Source of the DNA: Vitrella brassicaformis CCMP3155
Lineage: Eukaryota; Protista; Chromerida
Reading direction: 5' to 3'
Length of the DNA: 64,000 bases
Assembly (NCBI GenBank): GCA_001179505.1
Contig: CDMY01000399.1
Span: 1-64,000, forward strand
The notes beneath the pieces were generated by a model. That model searched no databases. It was not told the origin of the DNA and saw nothing but the letters and a program-made list of their open reading frames with translations. The position numbers and the translations under genes are program-made. Shown here piece after piece: positions 49,001-61,200 of this stretch (positions within the stretch are counted from its first letter, which is position 1; every line of letters starts with the position of its first letter).

Positions 49001-52000
49001 CGCGCTGGGCTTAGCTCCCAGAAGGCGTCGCCGCGACACTGGGCTGCACACAGAGACGAGAAAGCGCCCTCATCTGTTGATTTGCTTCTCTGTCTCCTTC
49101 GTGCTGTGCTCACGTTTGCACCGGATGGCCTGTCGCGACCAGGTCCCATTGAGGCACCGCACCATGTCTGGCTCGTCGGACTTCCACTCGGGGTCGCTCC
49201 AGCCCTCCACACACCTGATGAACCGCTGGCTATTGTGGCGGAAGTAGGGCTCCACCGCTCGCATGGCGGCCTTGGCCTCCGCTGATGGACTGGCCATGTA
49301 GTTGAAACCCTGCTGGTCGACCTTGAGCTCCTCTGGCGCGAATGTGGGAACCGGGGAGGAGACATACATTTGGGGTGGGCTGAAGGGCGACTGGTAGGGG
49401 AGACACCGCTCTGTGCAAAGCAAACACACCAGACGACAGATGGCTGCGCTGCTGTGTGAGCGTGTGAATGGTCGGCTGGTCGGTTAGTTACTTCTGCATT
49501 GCATGGCGATGTGTTCGAACCGGCCGTTGTCACACGTGATGGCCTCTACGTGGTCATAGCCCACAGGGGGCAGCGCAGTGAAACCACTGACGATCTCGTC
49601 GCTGTCTGAAGGGCACGGAGACATGCGAATGGTGAAGGGGTGAGGGGGCAGGTGGAAGAGCGTGTTTGCCTTTGCATTGAATGTAGGCGGTCTCCCCGTG
49701 CGTGTACAAGGCTTTGCTGTCGTCTGATGGGGGCGCATACACCACACCAGGCCGGAAGAACCGAGACAGCGGGGCCACACACGGATCTGCACACACATCA
49801 CATACACCCAGACACCGCAGCCACTGCTGCATTGTGTTCCACCCACCCCGCCACCCATCCGTCTATGGCTGACCTTTGCAATCGAACTCCCTCGGCGTCC
49901 AGTTGCCGTCGAGGCAGCTCAGTGTGGTGCATTCGTTGCTGCTGAAGGCCGGCTTCCAAGTGGTGCCCCTATCGTCCCCATCCGCCCCACAGCTGATGCT
50001 CCGCCACTCGCGCGGCTGCACATCGGGTGTCTCATCCTTGGCACACCCGAACTTGACGCAGGACGAGTGGCGGGGAAAGTCGCTCAGATGGACGCCGAGG
50101 GCGAGGGCGGCGGGTGTGGACCCCTGTGGGCGGACGATGCCCTCACAGGCCCGATCATCCGTCAGCTGGGTGGCGTCTTCCAGCTGACGGAAGGCGTACC
50201 TCTTGAGGTCGACCACCTCACTAAGATCGCGACACGTCTCTGCATACACAGGCAGGGAGGGGCGATCGTATGTGTGTCAGCGTGATGGGCCTCGCTCACT
50301 TTTGCAGGTGAGATAGGGATCGGGTTCGCTCCATTTGCCGTTCTGGCAGGCGATGGTTGCGATGTCGACGTTCTCCCCGGCCCTGTGTTTGGTTCCCTCT
50401 GTGATGTTGAAGTAGCCCCTTTTGTTTGCGCATCTCACTCGAATCCTCTCTTGGTGGTTGTACAGGTCCTTGTACTTGTCCAGCCGCTCAAACGACAATA
50501 CCGCTTCGGGTGTGGCCGTGAGCTCGGGGGCCTTGCACTCCCCTGACACAGACACACACACACGCACACACACGAACACCTCCTGCCCCTTTTCCCCCTC
50601 TGTCTATGGATGTGTGTGGGGTACTTACTTGTGCAGACGAATGGTGGTGGCACGGGCGTGAAGGTGCCGTTAGAGCAGACAGCCGAGACGAAGCCCGGCT
50701 GGGCTGGGGAAGGGGCAGTGTCGTTGACGAGGGAGCACCTGACAGTGACGTGTGTGCCGTGGGGATACGGGAGGGTGGCGTGGCCTTGGGGCGGCTGGAT
50801 GGAGTAGAACGAGGGGTTGCGGATCTCGTGAAGCGGGTAGTCCTCACACGGAGCTGACACACACACATCCATCCATCCGACCATGCCATGATACACACGT
50901 CCATGGATGCACCTTTCCAGGGAGCTCTGTGTGTCCCTTCCCCCCCCCTCCCCCCCGACGCCCCACCCACCCATGCACTCGAAGGGCGCCCCGGTGATGC
51001 GCCCCCGGTCACATGTGAGGACGTCGGTGCGGTCCACGGCACCCCCGTTGGGCGCCAACTTCTTCCTCTGGCTGCACTGCAAAGTCAGCTGCATCCCGTG
51101 GGGCTGGAAGGGCTGCTGCAGCAGCTCCTGTATCTTGGCCGCATCGCTGACGGCCACACTCTCCCATGGCACGGCGCCGCGCGCAGCGGGGAACGCGGCG
51201 GGGTCGAGGGACGATGCGCGGCGAGTCATCTTGGGGTAGGTGTAGGCCTCCGTTGGGAAGAGGGGCTGGACGGTGGGGCAGTCAGGTCCGCAGATAAGGT
51301 TCTGTTTGCTCCACTGCCCCTCGTTGCAGACGATGTCCATCTCATCCGGGCCCACGATCGGGTGGAAGTGCTTGGACGTGGCGCATGCGATGGTCACCCT
51401 CGTGCCGTGGGGGGACGGGCCACGCAGCACCGACTCGTCGCTGATGACGTACATGTCGCTCACCGCCCCTGGTTGGGGCACGCTGTTCTCCGGCCACACG
51501 TAGGTCGTTTGGGGCGCCAGGGTCGCCGAGACGTCCTTCAAGGAAAAGGGAGGGCACCCCACTGACACACAGAGACAAAAAGGAATCGGAGGCAGCCATG
51601 AGAGTGTCTTCCTCAGTGTACGGTGGCAGGCAATGTGCAAAGGCGTCCAGTGGCCCTCGACGCACGCCAGCTCCTGCTGCTCATTGGCCGACGCCAGATT
51701 GCCCGTCGTCTTGCTGGGGTCCCTCTGGCACTCGATCGTCACCTTGAAGCCGTATCTGAACGAGGCCGCCTTCAAGAGCTCATCCTGCGGCGGGTGCGTC
51801 ATGAAGCGGTCGTCCGCTAGTTTCTGCCAGGGGCCGCAGTCCTCCTTGCATCTCAAGGTGAGGTCCGTCCACTGCCCGTTGCTGCACACGGTGGTCTGGT
51901 GGTCGGGCATGTTCTCATCGGCGGAGTGGGAGTTGGCGGCACACCGAACGTTGGCTGTGGTGGAGTGGCGGAATGGGGGGTGGGGGGGACCGGTGAATGG

Positions 52001-54741
52001 CACATTGTACTCGAGGCTGTACTTGATCGCCTCCTCTTTCTTGATCGGCGGGCCGCTCGTGCACATTGCTGGGCGCACAGAGGGAGGGAGACGGGTGTCG
52101 CGTAAATGTGTGTCTCTGCAAGGGGGCCTGGCCTACTGGAGCATCTGTAGTCCTGTCGCGTGTACTCGTCTTCAGGCGGCCACGCCCTCCCCGTGCACTT
52201 GACCAGCTCCACCTCAGGGTCACCCACCGCACGCGCAAACCCCCCCGTCTCGTTGCATGTGATCCGCATTTGGCCAAGGTAAGGCACCTCGTACTCGGTG
52301 GCATTGACCCCCTCCAGCACGTAGTGATGCACATTCTGCCGAAGACGGAACAATGGGCAGTGGCCTGACACACACACACGCCAGGCACCCACCATGTTTG
52401 CTGGGGCGCGGTGCACGGCTTTGCTTACCGGCGCACTCGAGCAAGAGAGCGGTCCACTCGCCGCCGACGCAGTAGATGTACTGGAACTTCTGTTGGAATG
52501 CGGCATTGACGGGCTGCGCGTAGTCGGGCATGCACATGACCTTCCGCGATGCCCCCTCCATCCTGCCGATGTCCTGCCCCTCGACCTTGTACCGCACAGC
52601 CGATATCGGGTGCTCGTAGAAGGGCGGCTCCAGGATGTCATGCGGACACATCTCCTTGCACTGCAAGTCCATCACGTCCAGTATGCCGTCGTTGCAGAAG
52701 AGCGCCGTCTCGCTTTGCATCCCCAGTGGCGGGAGGTAGCTGTCGCCGCACTGCAGCTGGGCGCTCTCGCCGTGCCGCAGCTTGGTCGGCCGACGGGGGC
52801 TTAGCAGGCGATAGAGAGGCCGCTGCTCCAACATCGGTGCTGTTCCACCAATCCAGCCTAGTGGGGTCACTTGCACACACACATATATAGAGAGAGAAAG
52901 ATGACAACAGGGCGAGATTGGATGGCGTGTTGTGTGATTGTTCCGCTCACTGAGGCAATCCAGAATCCGTGGCGGGAGCTCCCCGCTCTTAACTGCCCCA
53001 CACTTGACAATGTCCGTGTCGACGAAGCCGTGGTAGGTGGCACCCGACTTGGTGGTGGGCAGCCCCTCATCCCCTGTGGCGCACTTGAGCGTGAGCACAC
53101 CACCGAAGGGCATGGATCGCTCCAGTGCTCTGTAGGTGAAGGGAGACGTGTCACTGGAGCGGCCGAGGTATGCTTCTGAGGGGGCGCCCTGGCTGGCCAG
53201 GGCCTTGATGTAGGGCGGGCACTTCTCTGGCACACGTGAGACATCACGATATGCAGTCGGGCTGCATTTTGTGTCTCTGTCTCTCTGTGTGTGTTACTTT
53301 TGCAGTTGCACGAGCAGTCGTCTGGCGTCTTTTCGGGGTCGCACTCCTCCGTCTCGGCATCGACCTCACCATCGCCACAGCGCTGAACGAGATCTGACCC
53401 ACACACACACAGAGACGGCCACATGAGAGAATGAATGTGTGTAGGCATCAGATCAGCTCTCTCTTTGCCCACTGAGAAGGTCGGCCGCTTGGTCCGTAGC
53501 TCCCTTCATGTCTTTGACGAGCCGCCCCTGGTTAGTGTAGTGCATGTACCGCACCCGGCCCCTAAAGCAATTATTCTGAAAGTATTCAGAAAAACACCAA
53601 TCTATTCGGGCAGTTTATTGCATCATAGCTCAGAAGTATATCTGATAAGGCTTTCTTACGCCCCGGTGATCGCACCCCAGCGACAGGGGGCTCGGCGTCA
53701 GCATGTTCGCCGCGATTTTGGCCGGCACAGCCACCTCCCCCGCCAGCCTGCCCATCTTGAAGATCTGCAGTGTCGACTGCGACATCACAAAGTGGTAGAG
53801 AAACCCAGCGGCCGACCGCCAGCAGACGCGGATCATGCCTTTGGGCGGGTCGGGGTCCGTTACATTGGTGGGCGTGTGAATGTCGATCAAACCAAGGTAC
53901 ACCGACTCAGGATCCACCTCGATCGTCGTGCCCTCAGCGTCTTGATGGACGGTGTATGCGGCCGATGCGCCCAGCCGGAAGCCCCAGAAGTTGTCGAGAA
54001 AGACGACTGGCTGCCCTGGTGGGGGAGGCCGGTCGAACGCCAGGAGAAGGGCGAAGGTGAATCCCTCGCTTTGGGACTCGGCCCATCGGTAGCAAACGCG
54101 CAAATGGCCGCTTGGTGGCGTGATGAGATACCGACCAGGCCCGAATCCTGCATTAAGATTGACATTACATCATGAGAGCAGTGAGTGCAGGACTTAACTG
54201 ACTTCACTCACTTGTCCTTACCAATCCATGTGACGACACCGCCTGTGTGTGGGTCATCTCTGCAGCCACAAGGAAACCCGGCACAGCCACGTACGGTACC
54301 GAAATGTCAGTCTGTGTGCATTGATAGCATATGAGCTTACGACTGGTGCAGCAGCGGCGGATGGTCCTCTGCATCAAACACCTGCATATTGACGCCCAGC
54401 GCCCGGTCCCGCCAGCTCCACGGCAGCCACTTGTCCTCAGCCGAAACCTTCAGCGATATCACCTCCGCCCGACGCACATCGCACTCGGGCACCTTGTCGC
54501 CCTTCTCCAGCTCAGCCTCCACCTCCTTCCACCGATTCTCGCCTATCTGCGCCCGCAGCACATCCGAATCGGACGGCGCCGGCTGCTGCTGCCGTACCAA
54601 TTTATGGCTCTGTATTGCGCTGAGCCGCCCGACCTCTGCACTGCTGCCTGGGCCGCTTTGCAGTGGCTGGCTGGCCGATACAGTGATGAAGACAGCGCAG
54701 GTGACGGCGAAGATGGGGAGCGAAATGCGCCGGGCCGCCAT
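43062..54741 (-). CDS. Giant secreted protein: signal peptide, cysteine-rich CGDG..EECD unit, ~20 Sushi/CCP-like repeats, C2-like segment, C-terminal Hedgehog-type Hint/Hog domain
   Basis: Signal peptide MAARRISLPIFAVTCAVFITVSA. Repeats C..HG..(V/L).(I/V).C..C..G.W....C across 46.3-53.2 kb. DKDRLGDDDLVG and WDQDPIKDDFVG. Hint blocks TCIDPNATIW, SEVRVGDRILSYD, LRLSPSHRLPV, VSADQVMPGDWI, HLVANG. Junctions near 44.9 kb and 53.6 kb are not fully resolved. Confidence 0.78.
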
Positions 54742-54823
54742 GTGAAGGCGGGCGCTGATGATTGAATGCAGGCGCTTCGCGGAAAAAAGGGAAGACAGAC
54801 GAGACGCGGACACCCCGCCCACA

Positions 54824-54837
54824 AGCTAAGCTCGCAG
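54824..54837 (-). promoter_or_regulatory. Candidate upstream element CTGCGAGCTTAGCT (second copy)
   Basis: Reverse complement of agctaagctcgcag, 82 nt upstream of the ATG at 54741. Confidence 0.45.
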
Positions 54838-54840
54838 GGA

Positions 54841-54884
54841 GAGAGGGGAGGGAGGGAGGGAGGGAGGGAGGGAGGGAGGAGGGA
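54841..54884. repeat. (GGGA)n microsatellite, representative of the many GT/AC, GGAT, CAGA and GGGA tracts in introns and spacers across the window
   Basis: Read directly from the sequence. Confidence 0.9.
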
Positions 54885-55272
54885 GCGGCAGAGGTATCAT
54901 TTAGTGCCGTGCATGGCCTGTTCCGACAGAGGAATCCCATCGCATCAGACCCCTGTCTGTCTGTTTAATTAATGTCTGTCTGTCTGTCTGTACAAAACGG
55001 ATACATGTGTGTGTACTGTACGTACGTATGTATGTTTCTGTCTCTGTCTCTTCATGCCTCCTTCCTTCCCATGCCGGGTGGTGCCCCATCACCCGGCCGC
55101 AACGCCCCAACCCGCCCCGATCCCGAGCTCATTGTCAGCTCACTTCCCCGCCTAGCTATACACATACATTCACCAGTCAGTCGCAGCCAGCCAGCCATCC
55201 ATATGTATTGAGCAAATCTGTCACCCACTGTCCCAGCAGGCAGGGCCCGGCGGGCGCCTGTCCATCACTCCA

Positions 55273-56475
55273 TCACATGATGGCGCAGCATCTGCGGTTC
55301 ACCTTCTGGGCCGTTTTGAAGAACGCCTTGGAAGAAGCTGCACACACCGCACACGTGCACACAGTAGTGTACTTGTGTAGAAGTCTGATTATTGACAATT
55401 AGTGAGTGAGAGTGGCTTTCTGTGCACTGCACCACCCCGCCACTCACTCACCTGAGAGGTCATCGCTCTTGGCCACCAGTGCGTCGAGATTCTCACCCCG
55501 CTTCAGAATGTTCTTCATCGTGGTGTGCATGATGTCCTGATCAGTGAGTGGACCAATCACACACACACACGCACACACGCGCACACACAAATGGTGATAT
55601 ATCGACCATTTACTGTGCTGCCGCGCGCGCATCTGTCTGCTGCAGGTGGGTACCTTGGTCTCGTCGACCTTCTGTTGTGTTCTGCTGAGCGCATCGACTT
55701 GTGTGGGGTCCTGCACTGACCACAGGCCCATAGCAACAGGCAGGAGCTCATGGCGGCGTGCAACACACCCTGCTCCCCCACCTGGTAGAGCTTGAGGATG
55801 CCCATGAGCTCCGTGTTCCAGCTCCTGGAGAGGGCGAAGTCCCTGCCGGCAATCCGCCACTCGCCTGAAGGGTAGGCCTCCAAGAAATCCTCACGCACCT
55901 GAGCCACACCCTTGTACGCCACCCTGCACACACGCACACGCAGCTCCACATGGATGCCCGGCCACTTGTGTGTGTGTGTGTGCCTGCCTCTGTGGGTATT
56001 CGTCGCTGGCAATGAAGACGATGGCGATGCCGTCGCGGTACCTAAGGCAGTGCGCCACCCACTCCTCCTCATGCTCGACGGACTGACGACGGTCGACAAC
56101 CAACTGCACACACACACACACACACACAGAGTCAGGTTGTCTGAGCAGGGGAGGAGGGACGCATTGCTTGTGTATGTGTTCCATGCACGGGAGCATACTT
56201 ACGTGTGGAATTGCGGTGCGTGCGAGGAAGTTGCAGGTCTCCTTCATCGCCGAACGCTCCAGGAAAGGAAAACTGAACAATCACACAAACACACAATCAC
56301 ACACACACATCCCATACATGACGGCATGTCGGGGCTTCCTTCGTGTGTGTCGGATTGGATTGTCTCCTCACCATGACACGTCGTGTGCTGCCGCGAGAAA
56401 TATGACGGTGTCGTCGCCGGGCGGGCACCTGGCGACGATGAGACCGATGGCATGAGGGCCCGCACGAGGCGCCAT
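55273..56475 (-). CDS. YKT6: Longin R-SNARE Ykt6
   Basis: FLAAAHDVS|.FPFLERS, IASDEYPQR|VAY, KLYQ|DPTQVD, DETK|DIMHTTMKNILKRGENLDALVAKSDDLS, SKAFFKTAQKVNRRCCAIM* (CCAIM prenylation motif). Confidence 0.95.
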
Positions 56476-56877
56476 CGCTCATGCTATAAGGGCACTATGA
56501 ATGAATCAACAATCGCTTGTGAACCAAGCTGGAGTGCTGGCTGACGCGCGCCCTGACCCTTCTCCCTCTCTCCCTCCCCTGAAATTCCCTCTGTTCGCGA
56601 GCTTTATTGCGAGCTCAGATGTGGGATACTCTGAGAGAGATCTGGCAGCGATAGGCAGAGCAGCGCACTCGTAGCGTCGGCCTGAGAGGTTCTGAAGAGA
56701 GATCTGACTGCATCAGCATCGGAAGGTTTTCCTACTTCTTTGCTCGCAAGGGAGAGCCTCACGCGGCGACGAGTGGGTGAGTTTCAGCCCGTCTATCTAT
56801 CGGCCTTGCAGCTGACGACTCAGCTGTCTGTCAACAGTCTATCGGGACCTCTGGAGCCTGTTACGACGCTACGCGAG

Positions 56878-58242
56878 ATGTTGGGCGCCGCTGATGTGGA
56901 GGAGGAGCATGTGCCCGTGTGGAACCTCACCGTGGAGCTCCCCAACGGCTGCACCATTCCATTCGGTAGAGAAAGGAGATGGGCTGGCTGCGAGGGTGCA
57001 TGTGACGTGGATCGGGGTGTGTGTGTGTGTGTGTGTGCATGTGCAGAGATGTCCCCTGCCGCCACTGTGGGGGAGCTGAGGGCCGAGGTGAACGACCTCA
57101 CGCCCGCATGCTTCCTCACGGCAGTGCACGTGAGACGCGGCAACACGCAGAGACACTCACTCATGTGTGTGGAGATCGTGTGTGTCTGGTCTGGTCTGCG
57201 TTGCCTTGTGTGCAGCTGGAGTGCGATGGCGCCGTGCTGATGGACGAGGTGCAGCTGAGGGCGGACCCTCGCATCTATGACGGGGCAACCATCAAGCTTG
57301 TCGACGGTCAGTCAGTCAGCACACACAGCCGGTTGCAACCACGCCCCACCACGCACACACGCCATATGTGCTGTGTTTCTCCCCATCAGATCGCTACACC
57401 GACGCGGGTGTGCGGCGCCACGTGAGACGGCTCCGGCAGGTCATGAGCGGCAAGTGCACCCTCACTGCAGCCGAGCCGTCGATGCAGCCCCCCCAGCCCA
57501 CCCAACCCCCCGACAGCAGCGCCACACCCGCCGGCAAGGGCAGCAAGGCGGCGTCAAGGGCATCAGGTGGCAAAAAGAGAGACAAGCGACGGCGGCCGAG
57601 GCGTGAAGACGCCGAGAGTGAGGCACCTGAGACCCAGAGAGATGACGGTGGGGGCAGTGGCAGTGGTGGCGGTGGTGCGTTTGGTGAGGTGGGTGAGGCG
57701 GACGGGTTTGAGCCGCAGGACCTGATCGACGAGAAGCCTGAGGACGTGCTAGCCGTGCTGCTGGGGCCCAAACCCGGCAAAAGGGAACGGACACAAGGGG
57801 TGGCCATGAAGGTCAGCCACAGCACGGCCAGCAATCTCATCTCCCGGCGCTCTGCTCTCACAGGCTGATTGTATTCCCCCGTGTGTGTGTGTGTGTGCAG
57901 GGTGTGCAGTGGCTTCGTTCGAGCGGCTTCAACCCTCCCCCCTCCAGCAGGCGGCTCCGTGGCGAGATCTGGTACTACGAGGCCCTCACCCTCGAAGGCA
58001 CTCTCCTGCACATCGTCGCCACCGAGAACGGATTCACCCTCTCCAGTGCACAGCCGCAGACACAGCCGGCCACGGCAGCGGCAGATGGGGGAGCAGCAGA
58101 GTCCACTAGCAGCCCGGAGGCTAGCAGCACTGCAGCGCCCTTCGATGCGCGCGGGGACGGCAAGAGGGCGAGAGACGCACGCAGGAGGGGAAATGGTACG
58201 AACGAACAAACGGGTCACAGAGAGACAGAGAGACACCACGCA

Positions 58243-58275
<33 letters not shown>

Positions 58276-61200
58276 TGTGTGTGCAGATCGGTCGCTGGAG
58301 ACCCCTGACAGCAACGGCAAGAGCGGTGCAGTGACGCCCACCGCTGCACCCACGCCCAATGGCGGCGGGCCGTTATCCCCAGCCCTGTCTTCACCCACAC
58401 AGCTGCCCCCATCGCCATACAGACGGCTGGACGACGTCTACCCCCTGCCGGTGCCGGCCGCACCAACCTCCCCACCACCGTGCCCCACCACGCCCATCGG
58501 TACAAACAAAGGCCTGCCGTGCAGTGCACGCCTGAGCACCTTTGTTATGTGACTTGTGATGGCTGCAGGTGGGTCGTCACCGCCGCCGCCTTCCTTGTCA
58601 GGAGGTCAGTCGGCCTCTCCCTGGCTGGGCCTCACTGTCAGCGGCGATATGGGCGCCGGCGGCACGATGGGCGTGGCGGCTGCCGAAGGGGGCGGCAGAG
58701 TGTGCTTCACCCTACTTGCCGACCTGCTGGCGCACTACAGCCCGGCGTTTGCGTCAGCACTGGTGCGGGTGGCGGTTGAGGCGCCGCCAGCGCAGGCCTC
58801 GCCGCTCGACAGGCGGTCCTACCTCGCGTCACTGAGAGTGCCGCCCTTCGCCGGACCCTGGGTCGTCAGAGGTGGCACAGCCAGTGCTGCTGATGGGGAA
58901 GATGCGGACACGGTGGGTGAACAGACAGAAGGGCAGCACAGAGAGAGAGAGGGCGTGGTGTGTGTGGTGTGGTGTGGTGTGGTGTGTGTGTAGGATGATG
59001 ACCATCCGTTTAGTCCGGATCGTGTGGAGGGCGTGCTTGAGTGTGAGGCGGTGGGTGCGGCGGCGCCTCAGCGTGACTGGAATGAGGAGCTCCAGCGGAT
59101 CCGTGAGATGCCATCCGACACAGAATTCGCCAAGCGCGTCAGAGACAAGGCATTCACCCAGGTACGTGCGTGAGGGCTGGCGGACACGGAGAACCAGGGA
59201 GGGACATCTTTCGCTTTGTCTGTTGACGTCTTGTGGTGTGGTGTGGTGGGATCAGTACTACTCGTCGTTCACACAGGCGTCGGGTGCGACGGCGATGCGG
59301 ATCCGCCACGGGATGGTGGAGCCCTACCCCACACACAGGTCCATCCACGGACCCACCGCACCACCACACGCACCCACGGTAAGGCACACACACGCACACA
59401 CAGGGGACAGCACTCACCGCCCCCAGAAAGGATCAAGCTGCCTGCCTCTCATGTCGTGTCATGTGTGTGGTGTGCAGGTGCCTCCGTGTGACGACGCATC
59501 GAAGCCGGTCTACGTCGACAACGGCCTGCTCTTCACCGCCGCTGGATTTGCTGAGGAAGACGACACAGACACGGGTACACACAGGGGTGGGTGGGTGAGG
59601 CGCCATGCATGGCCATCACACACACATGCATGTGTATGTGTTGGTGGTGGATGGATGGATGGATGGCAGCTGCCCCGTTCACCCCCGTCCCTCCCCGACT
59701 CCCCGCCCATTGCCGCGGCCTCGGGCGCCATCTCGGCCGACCCCCACACAGACGTGACGTCGCTCGCACGCAAGCAAGCGCCACACAGCTCATTGGCAAC
59801 ATCGACAACTACGATACCGACATGGCTACCTCTGCTGCTGCTGGTGGGGCTGATGGCGAGACCCACAAAGCCGCTGATCAGGTGGACTTCTCCGATCCGA
59901 AGGACTCGGCGCACAGGCGTTTCGAGCGGAGGATGGCCGAGAGGCGGCGAGAGCTGACGGAGGAGATCCGGGAGAGCCGCGCCATGGCGATCGCCATCGA
60001 GGGCGACGAGGGTGAGAACGCCTTGGTGCAGAGGGAGGTGGAGAAGCAGCTGCAGAAGGAGAGGAGGGCGATACTGGCGTCGTGCTTCCCTGGCGGCATC
60101 TGTCCCGGCGTACCTCCGACGAGCCAGGCCACCAAAGACAAGAACGTGTACACGCCTGCCGTGTGTGTGGTGGACTATGGGGGCGTGAGGTTCCTGGCCG
60201 AGAGCCTTATCCCTGGGGCGCTTGACGCACGGCCGGAGAGGTCAGAGGGAGGGCTGGCAGAGATGGATGGGGCGGTGCGGTGATAGCGGTGCGGTGATAC
60301 TCGAGTGTGTTGTGTGTGCTGTGCAGTGTGGTGTATGGTCTGTCGGGTAAGAGGGAGTTCGGTGTGCCGTCGGCGGAGACCAAGAAGCTGCTGTGGAAGA
60401 AGGTACACCATACGTCTGAGCTGCTCACTGCAACGCGACACGGTTGTGGAACGAACGAATGCATGGCATGGCTGTGCGTCAGGTGGGTCGGCACATGGCC
60501 TATCAGCCTCACGACATCGTCGACAAAGATGGGCAACAGGTGGGTGGGTGCACACTCAACTCACACGTGTGTGGGGGTTGTCTGTCTGTCTGTCTGTCTG
60601 TCTCACACGTGTGTGTGTGTTTGTGTATGTGTGTGTGTATGTATCAGCACCGTGTGTTGCTGCCTTGCGAGAGCAAGCTCTTCCGGGGCACTGACGGGCG
60701 GCAATATCTCACCGGCTTGCAGAAGGCCACACCAAGAGACCTCAACAGGTGACAACGAGCCGCACACCACACAACACAACACAAGATCCAGCCTTTCTCT
60801 GGTCCCCCTCCCTCCCCCCGTTGCCCCCCTGCCCCGCGCAGCCCCTCCCCGCGCGACGCGTCCTTCATCCTTCGCCCCGAGATCGTGTGCGACTACCTCC
60901 AGCGGCGGCAAACGCATTTACAGAAGCGCGACAACATCAAGAAGGAGGCCACCATCACCCCCTCAACCACCACAGAGGCAGAGGACACGCCATCCGCCCC
61001 ATCCAACTCCACCAACAACACCAGCAGTGGCGCATCCACGGCGGCTCACGATGCGTGGGATCCCCCCTCTGATGACGAGATTGAGGACGAGGAGAGTGCC
61101 TGGATGGGTCAGTGCGACCGTGAGCTGCAGGAGCAGATCAAGAAGCGGCAGTACCAGACCCGCCAGCCGGTGGAGCACCGGTACCACGCCAAGGACGCCC

